From Azolla caroliniana (lineage: Eukaryota > Plantae > Polypodiophyta), in the NCBI GenBank assembly GCA_043228905.1, contig JBHGNT010000017.1, positions 10,912,001 to 10,976,000 of the forward strand: 64,000 bases of DNA. The letters run 5' to 3'. Positions 46,849-61,190 of this stretch are shown here, piece by piece (the first letter of the stretch is position 1; each line of letters begins with the position of its first letter). A program made the translations under genes and the position numbers. The notes below the pieces were generated by a model, which was given only the letters and a program-made list of their open reading frames with translations, ran no database searches and was not told the origin of the DNA.

Positions 46849-49800
46849 TGTTGGGGACAAGGTCATCAGTGCGGAGAACAAACAACATTTGTGTTGGTGA
46901 AGAACCTGCGTATACGAATGAGACAATATACACACAGAGAGAGGGAGAGAGATAGGCACAAAAGAAACATTATATTTCTCAATAGCAACAGTTACAAAAT
47001 AACCACCAACCTTTAACTAAAGGTTACAAAGTCACTTTATATAGTGACTATCTTAGGGCAACTGCCCTTTATGCTATTTATAGAAATAGCCCAAACTTGG
47101 GATGTCCATAAAGGACAGTGTGAATATGGCCATTATACACTCGTATTTGATACTCCCCAGTAATGGGCGTATACATGGGTTATACTAAAGTTACAGGTAT
47201 ATACAAGGTGGTCGGACATATCGGTTTTGTTTGAGTTGGCAGGATCCGAAGACTGAAGCCCGAACCGACCAGGTTGGAATAGCTGAAGCCGATCCTCAAA
47301 GAACTGATGTCTGTTGTCCGAAACCATCTTGTGCTGTGTGTCCAACTTTAACTAGACCAATTTTTCGTTATGCCCATCTAGTGCCGAAGGGACCGGAAAC
47401 GATCCGCCGAAAGACACTTGGTCATTCCATCTGTGACATTATTGGTTGTGGATATTTTCTCGAGACCGATTTTCCCTGAAATGACGCAGTCCCGAATGAA
47501 GTGATATCGAAGGTCGATATGCTTGGAGGCGTTGTGGTGAATCAAATTCTTTGACAAAGCAACAACACCCTGACTGTTGCTGTAGACAATTGGAGCCGAG
47601 TCGAGGCCGACTTGTCAAAACGTGTGCGCCAGCCGACCGAGCCATAAAGCTTCTTTTGCCGCGTAGGATGTAGCTACATATTCCGCTTCGATCATTGAGG
47701 TGGTTGTGCACTCCTGAAGTTTCGACTTCCACGAGATTGCTCCATTGCCGAATTTGAAACAATATCCAGTTGTTGATTTCCAACTATCCACACAGCCGGT
47801 GAAGTCCGAGTCGGTGTAACCAACTACACTTGAGGTTGAGTTCGGGCGAAAAAGAATGCCATGGTCTTTTGTGCCAGCTAGACATCTGAACACATGCTTG
47901 ACTGCGTTCCAGTGCGATCGGCCTGGGTTGTGCATGAATCTGCTGATGACTCCTACGACGTGAGAAATATCTGGCCATGTCGCGACCATCGCGTACATAA
48001 GGGAGCCGACTGCCGGTGCATACGGTACCGACTTCATATCTTCCCCATCCGGACCAGATGTCGGGCAGTCTCGCTGAGACAACCGAAGGTTAATGGGGAG
48101 TGGGGTCGAAGCAGACTTGGCCGAGTGCATGTTGAAGCGTTCCAAGACACAACCGATGTAGTCGGTTTGAGACAAGAAAAGTTGTTGTTTATCGCGATGC
48201 CGACTAATCTTCATACGAAGTATGTGTCTGGCTGGACCAAGGTCCTTCATGGCAAACTTCAACCACAGTTTCCGAACGAGTTCGGTGAGCTCTCCAACAT
48301 GTTGACCAGAGAGTAGCATGTCGTCCACGTAAATGATGAGGAAGACGGGAGACCCGTCTTGAGCTATTTTGGTGAAGAGATAGTGGTCCTCGCTCTTGGA
48401 AAAGACGACCGACTGGATGAAGTCGTTGAACTTCTTGTACCACTGTCGCGGTGCCTATTTCAGGCCGTATAAACTCTTCCTGAGTCGGCAGACTAGATGT
48501 TCCTGGCCCGATGCTACAAAGCCTTTCGGCTGCTCCATATAGATTTCCTCCTGTAGGTCACCGTGGAGGAATGCTGTTTTTACATCTAGCTGAATCAACT
48601 CCAGGTTGTCGGCGGCCACGACGCCGAGCATGAAACGAAGGGTTGTCATTTTCACCATTGGTGAAAAGATTTCGTCGAAGTCGACACCATGTTCTTGTCG
48701 AAATCCCTTCGCAACTAATTTGGCCTTGTACTTTGGGTTGGTCAAGTCGGACGTCTCTTTTAGTCGATAGACCCACTTACACGGAAGAGCACGTCGATTC
48801 TTCGGTAATTCGACCAAGTCCCAAGACTTGTTTGTGCGAATGGAGTGCATTTCCAACTCCATCGCCAGATGCCAGGTGGCTGAGTCGGCAGATGCCGATG
48901 CTTCTTCGTAAGACGTCGGTTCGCTGGCGTCGGTAAAGAAAATTCCGGGAGAGTACCTTTCCGGAGGTTGCAATAGTCTCTCGGATCTTCGAGGTATGAT
49001 TGGACTGGTCGCACTAGGTATAGGTGTCGGATGGTCGGAAGCCGAGTCATTCGGCTGTGCTGAATCAATGGATTCAGTGCGGGAGGTGTCGGTTACCCAT
49101 GGAACCGATCTCGTGTTGTGGGCTGGGCCTTCATGAAGGGTTGGCACTTCGGAGAATATTACCCTTCAGACCTTAATAGGCCTTTCGGCCGTTTTATGCA
49201 TAGCTAACTTGTTGAACACGACGTTTGAACTTCAGACGATTTGTCTGTGCTCGAGGTCCCAGAATCGGTATCCGATCTCGCCGTCGGGTCTATATCCAAG
49301 GAAAACACATTTCCTTGATCTTGGTTCGAGTTTCCAGCGGTCGTCTTTCGGTATGAGGGCATACGCCTCGCAGCCAAAGATCCTTAGCTTGTCATAATTC
49401 GGCTTACTGCCGGTCCATATTTCTTGAGGTATTTTAAGTCTTAGAGGTCTACTTGGCGACATATTTATTATGTGTACTGCCGTAAGTAGGGCCTCTACCC
49501 AGAAGCCATCCTACAGTTCGGAGTGTTGGAGCATGGATACTACGTGTTTTTGAATCGTCCGATTCATGCGTTCTGCAATTCCGTTCTGCTCCGGACTATA
49601 AGGTGCCGTATATTCACGTCGAATGCCGTGTTCCCGGCAAAATTTGACGAATTCTTCAGACTTGAATTCTCCTCCGTTGTCGGTTTGGAGAAATTTCAGT
49701 TTTCGACCGGTCTGATTTTCGACCATTGCAAGCCATTCGGAGAAGATCGAGAACACCCGATCTTTGGTTCTAATGGGGTAAGCCCACACCTTCCGAGTCG

Positions 49801-52800
49801 AGTCGTCAATAAAACTAATGAAGTATGAAGCACCACTGAGAGATTGATGTGGCATCGGGCCACAGACGTCCGAGTGGACCAAATCGAGGGGACTCAATTC
49901 TCTTGATGCTGATGTCAGGTGTGATGCGGCTACATGTTTGCCATACTGGCAATGCTCGCAGAATTGGTGATCCGAGAAGGAGAGTTTGGGGATGTAACTG
50001 GCTCTGGATAGGTGCGTTATGCCGGCCTTGCTAAGGACTCCAAGTCGTCTGTGCCATAACGATGACACGGGGATATCAACCAGAAATAAGTCACCCTCTG
50101 GTCCTTGAGCAAAGATGACATATAAAGGGTACAAAGAGTGTACCGTTGGTTCTCGAGCAAGCAGGAGGTTCCCTTTGTGGAGTGGCTTCGTCAAGCTGTC
50201 CGACTGAGATCAAGGGTCTTGAGAGCTCAGGAACGTGTCAAACGTTTTCTAGTACGAGTGTGGAGCCACCCAGAAGGTTGAGCTCTACGGTGCCGATTTC
50301 GATTATAGCACAGTGCTGCGAGTTTCTGACTCAAACTGAGTCAGAGTGCCAGTCAGACTATTGCCGAAACTGAGATCGGTGAGGTGTCACATGATACGAT
50401 GCGCCTGAGTCCAGGAGACATGTGCTCGATTCCTCAGTTGTAAGCAGAACTTCTGATTCGACTGGGTTCTCTATGGACAATATGTTCGGGTCGGTTGTCA
50501 AAATTTTGGCTGAAGAGCCGACATAGTTGACCTCATGCCAGCTACTCTTCTGATCTGCTCTCTGAGCTTTGTTGGTTTTTTCTTTGAGTGCCCAACAGTC
50601 AGCTTTGATGTGTCCCGGTTTCTTGTAGTGTTGCAGATTCGGTTGTCCCGGGACTTGCTCCGGCTTCGCTGATTGTTCGGCGGTCGGGAAGAACTTCTTC
50701 CCCAGTTGTTCGATCGGTCGGTCGAACCTTGTACTACGTAAGCTTCATCTGCCGAGTCTTTGGAGAAAGACTTTCTCCGAGCTGCTTCAGTCAGAATTGC
50801 GCTCATGACTTCTAAGTACTTAACGACAGTTGTTGACGCATTGCATACGGTTGTAATGAAAGTTTTCCAAGAAGAGGGGAGACTACTCATGAGTATCATT
50901 GCTCTGAGTTCATCCTCGATTGCCGTCCCCTGAGTCGAGATTTGGGAGCTTATGCTTTCGTACTCGTTGAGGTGTGCTTGAACCGAATCAGATTCTTTCA
51001 TCCGCAAGTTGTAGAGGCGCCGGATCATATACATCTTTGTTGCAGTGACCTCCTTTTCATAAGTTTTCGACAGTGTTTTCCATAGTTCAAAAGCTGTCGA
51101 GCACGATTGCACTGTGAAGTACACTGAGTCCAATAAGTGCATTCGAATCGTGGCGCGGATGATTCTGTCCAGCTTTAGCCATTCGTTTGCCTTGTATGCT
51201 TCTAGAGGATTTTCATTCTCAATCGGGTCTATCTGACCCTTGACTATGAGATAGTCCTGCATTTGTTATTGGGAACTCGACGTTCCTTATGTCCGACGCT
51301 CGGCCACAACCGAGATTCTTTACATACACAGAAAAACAGGTAATGAAAAAGCGACACAAAAAAAAAAAAGGGAGAGAAATGGTGCACAGGAGGTATACGT
51401 GGAAAACCCCAAAATAGGGGGAAAAAACCACGGCAGCCCACAAGCTGCAAACTGTCACTATGCAGAAATATACAACAGTGAGATCACTGAGGCAACGACC
51501 TCGTGCTCACAGATCTTCGCCACATGCGGCGGTTACAACAGAGGCAACGACCTCGTCTCTCTCTCTCTCTCTCTATCTCTCTGTACAGTTACGCGCTCTG
51601 ATTTCTTCTTGCACCAACAAGGAAGAATAATAATGACAACAACATAACTAAAAGTTTTCCCTAAGTCATATTTATACTAATATGACTTTTCGGCTATTTA
51701 CAAATGTAGCCTTGATGAGCTTCATCCGGTTCTCCGCAGTCGGGCCTACACCATCCGACTATCCGCAGTCGGGATCTCCCCATCCGGTTCATACCGTTTG
51801 TTCGTCGGCACTGTTCTTCTCCCTTTCCATCTGGAGGGACCTGTCTACCAACAAACTCCCCCTTCACTCCGGCATGGGGTGTCTTTCCAGCCCGATCCTC
51901 TTCCGGCATGCGTCCAGCTTGTCGGGTGTCAACACTTTGGTCAGCATATCCGACCCGTTCTCGGCCGTGTGGATCTTCGCCAATGCGAACTCCTGGTCAT
52001 CTACCCTTTTCCGGATCCAGTGATACCTCCGCTGGATATGCTTCGTCCGGGAATGGTAGGCCGCATTCTTAGCAAGGTGGATGGCACTTTGACTGTCGTA
52101 GTAGAGTCGGAATTCCTCTTGCCGGATACCGAGCTCCCCGATGAAGTCCTTCATCCATAATATTTCCTTGCCGACTTCCACAGCCGCCATGTACTCCGCC
52201 TCTGTAGTTGACAAAGCAACCGTCTTCTACAGCCTCGACTGCCACGAGACAGCTCCCCCTGCATATGTCATCACATACCCGGATGTACACCGGCTGGTAT
52301 CCACATCAGCCGACATGTTCGAATCGGTGAAACCGTCCAGTTGAGGTTTTCCGGTGCCGAATCGGAGACACATATTTGAAGTGCCCTTCAAATACCAGAG
52401 TATCCACTTGACCGCATTCCAATGCTCCTTGCCGGGATTACTCATGAACCGGCTCACCACTCCGACTGCGTATCCAATGTCCGGTCGGGTACAAACCATT
52501 GCGTACATCAAGCTCCCGACGGCAGAGGCATATGGAATCTTCGTCATGTATGCCTTCTCTCCTTTTGTCTTCGGGCTTTGCTTGCCGGACAACTTGCAGT
52601 TTGCCGGAAGTGTCGATCCGACCGGTTTCGCATCTGACATGTTGAATTGGTGAAGCACCTTTGTCACATACTTCTCCTGTGACAGCCATAGTTGCTTCAC
52701 TGACCGGTCCCGAATGATGTGCATCCCCAACATCTGTCTTGCCGGACCCAAGTCCTTCATTGAGAAGGTCTGGTTGAGAGCCTTCTTCAGCATCCGTATT

Positions 52801-55800
52801 TTTCCTTGGTCTCGTCCAACGATCAACATGTCATCCACGTACAGGAGGAGTATCAGGAAGTCCCCTCCTTCGAACTTCTTCACAAACACGCAGTGATCGG
52901 CCTGCGTCTTGTGGTACCCTTGATCGGTCATGAAGGAATCGAACTTCCGATACTATTGCCGGGGAGCCTGCTTCAGTCCGTATAGGCTCTTCTTCAACCG
53001 GCATACCAGGTGCTCCTTCCCTTTCTCCACAAATCCTTCCGGTTGCTGCATGTAGATCTCCTCTTCGAGGTCTCCGTGAAGGAATGCCGTCTTCACGTCC
53101 AGCTGCTCTACCTCGAGATCCATGCTTGCTGCTATACTCAGCACCGTCCGGATGGAGGTCATCTTTACTACCGGGGCGAATATTTCGTCGAAGTCCACGC
53201 CCTTCTTCTGCTGGAACCCCTTCACCACGATCCTGGCTTTGTATCTTGGGGGGTTTCCGGCATCTCCCGGTTTCAACTTGAATACCCACTTCTTTCGGAG
53301 TGCCCGCTTTCCTTTCGGCAGCTCCACCAATTCGTACGTATGGTTCTCATGCAGGGAATCCATCTCATCCTGCATGGCACTTAACCATTTTCGGCTGTGG
53401 GTGTCAACCTTCGCTTCTTCGAAGCTTTCCGGCTCCCCCTCATCGGTCAGCAGGACATGCTCTGCATCCGGAAATCTCCGGGGCGCCCTTCTCTCTCTGA
53501 GAGGGTATCTACGTCTTCGGGCTTTGGTAATCGGTTCCTCCATTTGCTCTTCATCCGAATCCGATTCGGGGTCTTGACCGGTTCCGGTCTCAGCTTCCTC
53601 TACTTCTTCTTCTGCCGGTTCGGTATCCTCACCGTAACCGGCTGGTTCCTCGAGTGCTAACCGGTCTCTTGCCGGTTGGGTCTGCTCATTGTAGAGTCTA
53701 TCCTTACCGGTCGACTCGGGGTTCATTATCTTCTTCTCCGACTCCCAGTCGGCGAGCGTCTTGTCCTCCATGAAGATAATATCTCGACTCCGGAATACCT
53801 TCTTGTCGACCGGGTCCCACACTCGGTAGCCGAACTCATCGTCACCGTAACCGAGAAATATGCATGGCCGGGTCTTTGGATCTAGCTTTCCTCTCCGGTC
53901 CTTTGCTACATGCACGTACGCGAGACACCCGAACACCCTCAGATGCCGGTAGGACACTTCCTTACCGGTTCATACTCTCTGTCGCGTGTCTCCGTCCAAG
54001 GGTACTGAGGGTGATCTGTTTATCACATATGTTGCCGTCGACAGTGCCTCAGCCCAAAACTTCTTGGGTAGTTTTGCATGCGCTAGCATACTCCCGACCC
54101 TCTCCATTATGGTCCGGTTCATCCTCTCGGCCAGTCCGTTTAGTTCCGGCGTCTTCGGCACGGTAAATTCGAGCCGGATTCCCTTCGAGCGGCAGTACTC
54201 CTCGAACTGCCCCCGGTACTCACCTCCGTTATCTGCTCGAACCGCCTTCAGCTTCCGGCCGGTTTCTCTTTCCACTCTCGCGTGGAGCTCTTTGAAGACG
54301 GATAACACCTGATCCTTCGTCTTCAGCGGTGTGGCCCACAGCTTCCGGCTGTGGTCATCTATGAACGTCACGAAGTACTGCGCTCCGGCATGTGACTTCG
54401 TGTCTACTTGACAAACATCCGTATGCACCAACTCCAGTGGTGCATTACGTCTCATCGGTGGCCTTGGTCGGAAGGAGGTTCGGTTCTGCTTACCGGCCAG
54501 ACAATCAGTGCACTTCTCTAAGTGCACGTTCTTCACTGGAATGAGGTTGTCGTCTCTAAGCCTCTTCATCCCCTTCTCACTCATGTGACATAGCCTCTTG
54601 TGCCACAGCTCACCCGCAGTGTCAGAAGCCACGTTCACTTCTTCCGGACATAACCGGGTATTCATCAGGTACAGTGTGTTTACCTTCCGAGCCCGAGCCA
54701 CAATCAGGCTCCCTTTGCTGAACTTCATGACACCGTTCCGGATGCTACCCGTGTAGCCTTCATCATCTAGCCGACCGGCTGATATCAGGTTCAGACGAAC
54801 TTCCGGAACGTGTCAGACATCTTTCAACAGCAACTTGCATCCGGTTGGTGTTGTCAGCCACATGTCTCCTATGCCGACAATTCGGCAGGTTCCTTCATTC
54901 CCCATCCGGACACAGCCGTGATCACCGGCTGAGTAGGATGAGAAGCATTTCTGGTCCGGGGTAAGGTGGAACGACGCTCCGGAGTCTACCACCCAGGTCA
55001 TCTCATCGCCGGCATGGTTTATCTCACTCTCCTCGGTGATGAGCATCAACTCCTCTGCACTTGCCGCAATTGCCGTCGTTCCCTTCCGGTCCGGACCCCT
55101 CCGGTCTTTACCGTTCCGGTCTGTACCGTTCCGGTTCGGGGTTTGCTTTGAATCGGTACCGTCGGTTTCCTTGTCTTTACGGAAATGCCGACAGTTCTTT
55201 TGGAAGTGTCCCGGCTTGCCGCAATAGAAGCAAGTCGGCCTCCCCCTTGACTTTGATCGTGTCCCCGACTTCTCCCGGTTCTGGGGACTACGGTTTCTCT
55301 GTCTTCCGCGTTCCGATTCGGTAAGGAGCGCTTTGGAGTCAGAGCTCCTATCTTTGTCTTTCCGACGAGCCTCCTCATCTAGCAAGCTCGATTTTACTCT
55401 TGCTAGGGATAGCCGTTTTCCTTCCGGCCCGGCGTTGCCCAAAGTAACAACCAACGTCTCCCAGCTATCCGGGAGGGAACCGAGCAGGAGTAGCTCTAGG
55501 ACCTCATCGGCAAGAGGTACTTCCAATGACGTTGCCTGGTGAATCAGCCCCTGGAAGGCATTCATATGCTCCGCCATGCTGTGGCCATCTTGGTACCGGA
55601 GTCTTACAAGCTTCCGGAATATCGACGCCTGATTGACAACATTTTTGTTCTGGAACATTGTGCCAATCTTCTCCCAGAGCTCATGAGCCTTACTTTCTTC
55701 ATTGAAGTTGTTGTACAGGCTCATGTCGATGAAGCACCGTATGTACGCCGTTGTCTTCATGTGCATCACCTCCCATATCGCGGCGTCGATTTTGTCCGGT

Positions 55801-56243
55801 CTCTTGTCCCCGAACTGAACCGGCAGCCAGAGGTCTTTAACCACGAGCATGTCCCTCATCTTCGACTTCCACACTGAATAGTTGGAGCCGGTGAGCTTGA
55901 ACATGCCGCCAAACGATTCGTCCATTTTCTGTGTCGATCTCGCTCTGATACCACTTATTGGGAACTCGACGTTCCTTATGTCCGACGCTCGGCCACAACC
56001 GAGATTCTTTACATACACAGAAAAACAGGTAATGAAAACGCGACACAAAAAAAAAAAGGGAGAGAAATGGTGCACAGGAGGTATACGTGGAAAACCCCAA
56101 AATAGGGGGAAAAAACCACGGCAGCCCACAAGCTGCAAACTGTCACTATGCAGAAATATACAACAGTGAGATCACCGAGGCAACGACTTCGTGCTCACAG
56201 ATCTTCGCCACAGGCGGCGGTTACAACAGAGGCAACGACCTCG

Positions 56244-56274
<31 letters not shown>

Positions 56275-57592
56275 GTACAGTTACGCGCTCTGATTTCTTC
56301 TTGCACCAACAAGGAAGAATAATAATGACAACAACATAACTAAAAGTTTGCCCTAAGTCATATTTATACTAATATGACTTTTCTGCTATTTACAAATGTA
56401 GCCTTGATGAGCTTCATCCGGTTCTCCGCAGTCGGGCCTACACCATCCGACTATCCGCAGTCGGGATCTCCCCATCCGGTTCATACCATTTGTTCGTCGG
56501 CACTGTTCTTCTCCCTTTCCATCCGGAGGGACCTGTCTACCAACATTTGTTCCTTCTAGAAGTTGAAGTTCGAACCGTCGAACCTCCTTAGACTCATCTC
56601 CGATGAGCTGGATGTTGATGCCATCTGCTTCGGTTTCGGTTAGTAAGACTCGATTCGGAGTTGACTATGAACCTTAGTGGGGTGCAGCCGGTCGGCTCAC
56701 CCGATATCGTTCTAGTCGGTTTTGAACCGGAGTCGGTTTGGTTTCGGATACTTGTTGCTAAACTTGCTCGGAGTGACTCTAGTAACTTGAGGGACACAAT
56801 CGGCTGGTCTTCCTGAATGTTGCCGAGTCGGAGTGAGCCTGGTTAGCTTCCGATTGTATACCGAATACCGATTACAAGAAACCGATTGTTTGGGCCGATT
56901 CTGCTTTGGGTGACTGCAGCGATGAGAGGGACGGATCCAACTGATCCTCCCGAATGTCGATCAGCCGAATGAAGCACGAATTAGGTTGTTGCCAGGAGAC
57001 CAATCTGCAACGGGTGGTTACAACAAGCGGGTGAATAGTGTCCGGTGACCTATTCGGATGTCGTTTAACCGAATGAAGCACGATTGGGTCGGGTGTTGCA
57101 TAGGCAGCTCGCTCAAGTGGTTACAATCACAGGAATAGAGTACAGCCGGGTAGCTTACTCCAATTAGTGGTTTAACACAGTGAGATGCAAACTTCTTGTT
57201 TGTCTTCTCTCTTCTTTGTTCTTCAAGAAGTTACAGAAAACAAAATGTTGTTGTGTACGATGACGGCCAACAACGGGTTGAAGAACCTCCAACGCTCTGA
57301 TACCAAATGTTGGGGACAAGGTCGTCAGTGCGGAAGAACAAACAACATTTGTGTTGGTGAAGAACCTATACACATAGAGAGAGGGAGAGAGATAGGCACA
57401 AAAGAAACGTTATATTTCTGAATAGCAACGGTTACAAAATAACCACCAACCTTTAACTAAAGGTTACAAAGTCACTTTATATAGTGACTATCTTAGGGCA
57501 ACTGCCCTTTATGATATTTACAGAAATAGCCCAAACTTGGGCTGTCCATAAAGGACAGTGTGAATACGGTCATTATACACTCGTATTTGACA
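46849..57592 (-). mobile_element. Full-length decayed Ty1/copia element (host of the nested copia)
   Basis: LTRs 46849-47152 and 57308-57592, TSD CTGTG/CTATG, PBS-Met 57294-57305. gag is split at KEQ/MQDYL. Integrase [22 protein letters not shown] and YVDDM, RNase H YTDSDF...EAEY. Confidence 0.93.
51267..56545 (-). mobile_element. Full-length Tnt1/Tork-like Ty1/copia element (5279 bp)
   Basis: LTRs 51267-51853 and 55956-56545, TSD TTTGT, PBS-Met 55942-55953, PPT AAGGGGGAGTT 51854-51864. A single gag-pol frame ~55925-51864 is broken by four point stops (CFYCGKPGHFQKNC, WVVDSGAS, RADNGGEY, LYVDDML). Confidence 0.96.
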
Positions 57593-57799
57593 CTATGGGC
57601 TATAATACATAATACTAAATTAATATATATAAATACATGCTCATATCCAAATGGTTGAGCATGATGTCTTGTTGAAGTGAGGTTGTAGGTTCAATCCTCT
57701 CCAACCATCTGCTTTATGTCACGATTGTGTCGTGACATTATCCTCCCCTTAATGGCCGCCTTTTCGAAAGTGTGGTGTGGGGGTGAGCGGGAAGGGGAG

Positions 57800-58080
57800 C
57801 ACCAGCGACCATGTAAGGTCCGCATCGGGAAGTAGAACACCAAATGACGTGAGCGATCATGTGCGGCCCTCACCGGGGACTGGAACACGAACGGGGGTGA
57901 GCGACCATGCGTGGCCCTCATCGAGAACTGGAACACGAACGGGGATGAGCAACCATGCGCGGCCCTCACTGGGAACTGGAACACGAACAGGAGTGAGCGA
58001 CCATGCGGACCTCACCGGGAACTGGAACAAGAACAGGAGTGAGCGACCATGCGGTCCTCACCGGGAACTGGAAGACCAAC
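57800..58080. repeat. ~47-bp tandem repeat, about 6 copies
   Basis: GAGCGACCATGCG(TG)GCCCTCACCGGGAACTGGAACACGAAC-like units. Confidence 0.85.
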
Positions 58081-58744
58081 GAGCGAGGGAGTGCAGATGA
58101 AATTGTCTACTCGACTTCTTCTATCATGAGAGATCAATAGTCGAGGTTGACCCAAACCACAACACAAACGGTAGCGCTAGCGAGAAACCGACGTGATCCC
58201 CACTAGGAAAGTGAGTGGTTGTGATCCCCACCAAAACTAGAAGGTGAGCGATCAAAATCGATCCTTGTCAAAACAAAGTGGAGTGAAATGTAGACAAATG
58301 AAAAATGGAGTGCAAACGAGCAATGATTTGATCCCCACCAGGAAAGTGAGCGGTTGTGACCCCCACTGGAACTGTGAAGGTGTGCGATCGAAATCAATTT
58401 GTTTGATGAAGACAACAAGAGGTGCTGAAAATGATGATGTCAAAAACAATGCAATGAAGACAATGATGATGAGTGAAAAGAATGGCATGCGGAAGCAATA
58501 TAAGAAACCGAACAACTGAAAACGCAGGTTTAATGGAAAGCTTAGGTTTGCACAGTACACACAGGAGAGACAGAGAGAGAGTAAAAACCAAAACTATATT
58601 CAAAATAATACTCAATCTATAGATAGGATGTGCTCAGTGAGCACCTTTATACAAGCCCTGACAATCGAGCTGATACAAGTACTGACGGTACTTGACTGCT
58701 CATAAATGAGCCTCGACACTGACTCCCAAATATATTCCTTGCGG

Positions 58745-60338
58745 TGTCGCAAAAATACAACAAGGATACGTGAACTTGAGGCAGGACCCTGGGGCCTCCG
58801 ACCGGAAGATATCAAATTCGTGTGTTTATGTACTAAGAATTAATCGAAATAAGAAAGATTCACAAATTTCATTAATAAAGGGAAAGAAAGATTACAATCA
58901 ATCTCAAGATTAAGATTACAAAAGTTTTATCTTAAGGAGATTGCTAGAATAATAGATTAGAAGAAACTAAGATATGGATTCCATAGAGATTTAGGGTTCT
59001 TGGCTTTGATAAGAGATTATGGTTATATGAGTATTATGGCTTCCGTAGGGAAGGTTAACGTTTTTGAGTGTTATGGCTTCCGTAGGGAAGGTTAACGTTT
59101 TTGAGTGTTATGGCTTCCGTAGGGAAGATTAGGGTTTGAGTGTTATGGCTTCTGTAGGGAATTTTGGGTTTATGAGAGTTATGGCTTCTCTAAGATAAGG
59201 GAGCTAAGAAGGAAAAGAAAAATAATAATGCAGAGTGGATGAGTGTAGGAAAAAGATCGAATATATATGGAGTTCCTCGTTGATCATATGCATGTCCACT
59301 TTTTGTTGCTACCTTCCACATCACATTTACTTTATGCATGCACTCCAACTTTAGTTGCTTGAGTCCACATGGCCTTTACTTTAGTTTTCTTCACTTTACT
59401 TTAATTAGCCACATGATCCTTTTATCCGTTCGGTTTGCGTCCAACCTCGTTCGGTCGCCGGTTCCATTCAGTCGCCGATTGTCGCTGCCTCACCGGCTCC
59501 GCCGCCGGTTCCGGTTTTGCTTACCCGCCTGGTTCCGGTTTCCTTCTCGGCCGGTTTCCAGTTTTGCTTACCGGCACGGTTCTGGATTGCTTCCCGGCCG
59601 GTTTCCGGTTTTGTTTACCAGCCCGGTTCCGATTTCCGGTTTTGCTTACCGGGACTTCCAGATTGCTTACCGGCCGGTTCCAGATTGCTTCCCGGCCGGT
59701 TTCCGGTTTTGCTTACCGGCCCGGTTCCGGATTGCTTCTCGACCGGTTTCTGGTTTTTTTTACCAGCCCGGTTCCGATTTCCGGTTTTGCTTACCGGGAC
59801 TTCCAGATTGCTTACCGGCCGGTTCCGGATTGCTTCCCAACCGGTTTCCGGATTTGCTTACCAACCGGTTCCAGATTTGCTTGCCGGTCGGTTTCGATAA
59901 GCTTGCCGTTGGTTCAGGTTAGCTTACCGGTTCCGGTTCCAGTTAGCTTGCCGATTCCGGTTTGCTTGCCGACTGATTCCGATTTGCTTGCCGACCAGTT
60001 CCGGTTTGCTTGCCGGTTATCTTGCTGGCCGGTTCCGATTTGGTTCCGATTACCGACCGATTCCATTTTATTGCCAGTCGGTTTTGGGAACTTAGCCACA
60101 TTCATCCTTCTAGACAAAGTGGCCAAAGTCCTCTTAACACAAATGAAAAATGAGGGACTCAAGGTGCTTATATAGCTAGGGCCTTAAGTTTCCTATTTAT
60201 GTGGGATAAATAATAGTTCTATTTTCCTTATCTTCTCAAACATCCATCTTCTATAACATGCCATTAAGCTAATATAAAGTACTTATTTTATTATTATTTA
60301 TTATAATTTTTACATAGTGTGAGAAGATTCACGTGATA
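58745..60338. repeat. Solo LTR of the T3 family
   Basis: Homologous to 18137-19498, TSD GCGG/GCGG. Contains ~37-bp repeats (59025-59190) and a CCGG-rich array (59510-60080). Confidence 0.92.
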
Positions 60339-61190
60339 GCGGAATATCTTTTCGATGGCCTCACAGTTTTTGCATTGATCCGACCTTCCTACGCACCGGT
60401 CTGCGTACCGGTACCGATCCGGTCCTCGGCTTGCTCAGCCGATCCGGCTGATGTTGAGCTTGTCTCTCAAAACTCCCCCTCAAGCTCAACTTGAGGCCCT
60501 TCGAGATCTTCCGGGTCATCGCTCCGGTTCCTCCTGGCTCCACGCCTCGCTCGCGCTCCTCGGCTTGTTCGACTCCGCGCGCTTCGATCCTTCCGGTCGG
60601 TTTGTCTGCTCCCACGGCCCTTCACAGCTCCCTTGCTGTCGCGGTGTTGGCGCTTCTCCTACTACCTTCTTTTCCGCTTGGCCCTCAGTTGATTTAGTGT
60701 ATCCGAATCAAACATACGAACCGACTCGGCTACCTCCGATCGGTTTTCGCTCTTGTCCGAGTTGACTGTCTCCAACTCGTCTTTGGTCTTCTCGCCTTTG
60801 AGGGCGTCATCTCCCCCATGCTTGGTTGGCTTCGGCTCTTTCTTTCGGCTGCTCCCCTTATGTCCGATTTTGGACTCTTCCGCGGATCCGCCCTCGGCTT
60901 CTTTAGCCGATCCGAAGTCGAATTCGTCATCCGACTCGGCGTCACAGTCTTTTCTGCTCCTTTCTTGCTCCCTTCCGTGGTCATCCGGGACGTCTCTCCC
61001 CCTCAAGTTCGGCACGTCGAGGTGACGCAACCCAAGCGCACCCGAGAACTGCCGCAACTTGTCCAAACTAAGAGGCTTGGTGAAGATGTCGATGGTTTGC
61101 CGATCCGTCGGAAGATACTGAAGTTGGACTTCACCGGAGAGGACATGCTCACGGACAAAATGGTAGTGCACCTCAATGTGCTTGGTCCGT

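Larger units (their letters stand above)
46564..58480 (-). mobile_element. Chromovirus-like non-coding remnant: LTR ~46564-46848 + 57598-57737 split by the copia nest, PPT ~57738-57750, repeat-rich internal region
   Basis: TGTCAC...GTGACA termini and minus-strand AAGGGGAGGATAA-TGTCAC. TCTAGAA-rich LTR similar in style to 25693-26062. Confidence 0.55.

Noticed and set aside
54813-56138. Gag ORF apparently starting inside the LTR
   Set aside because: The frame is simply open through U5 and the PBS. The likely start is MDESFGG at ~55925.
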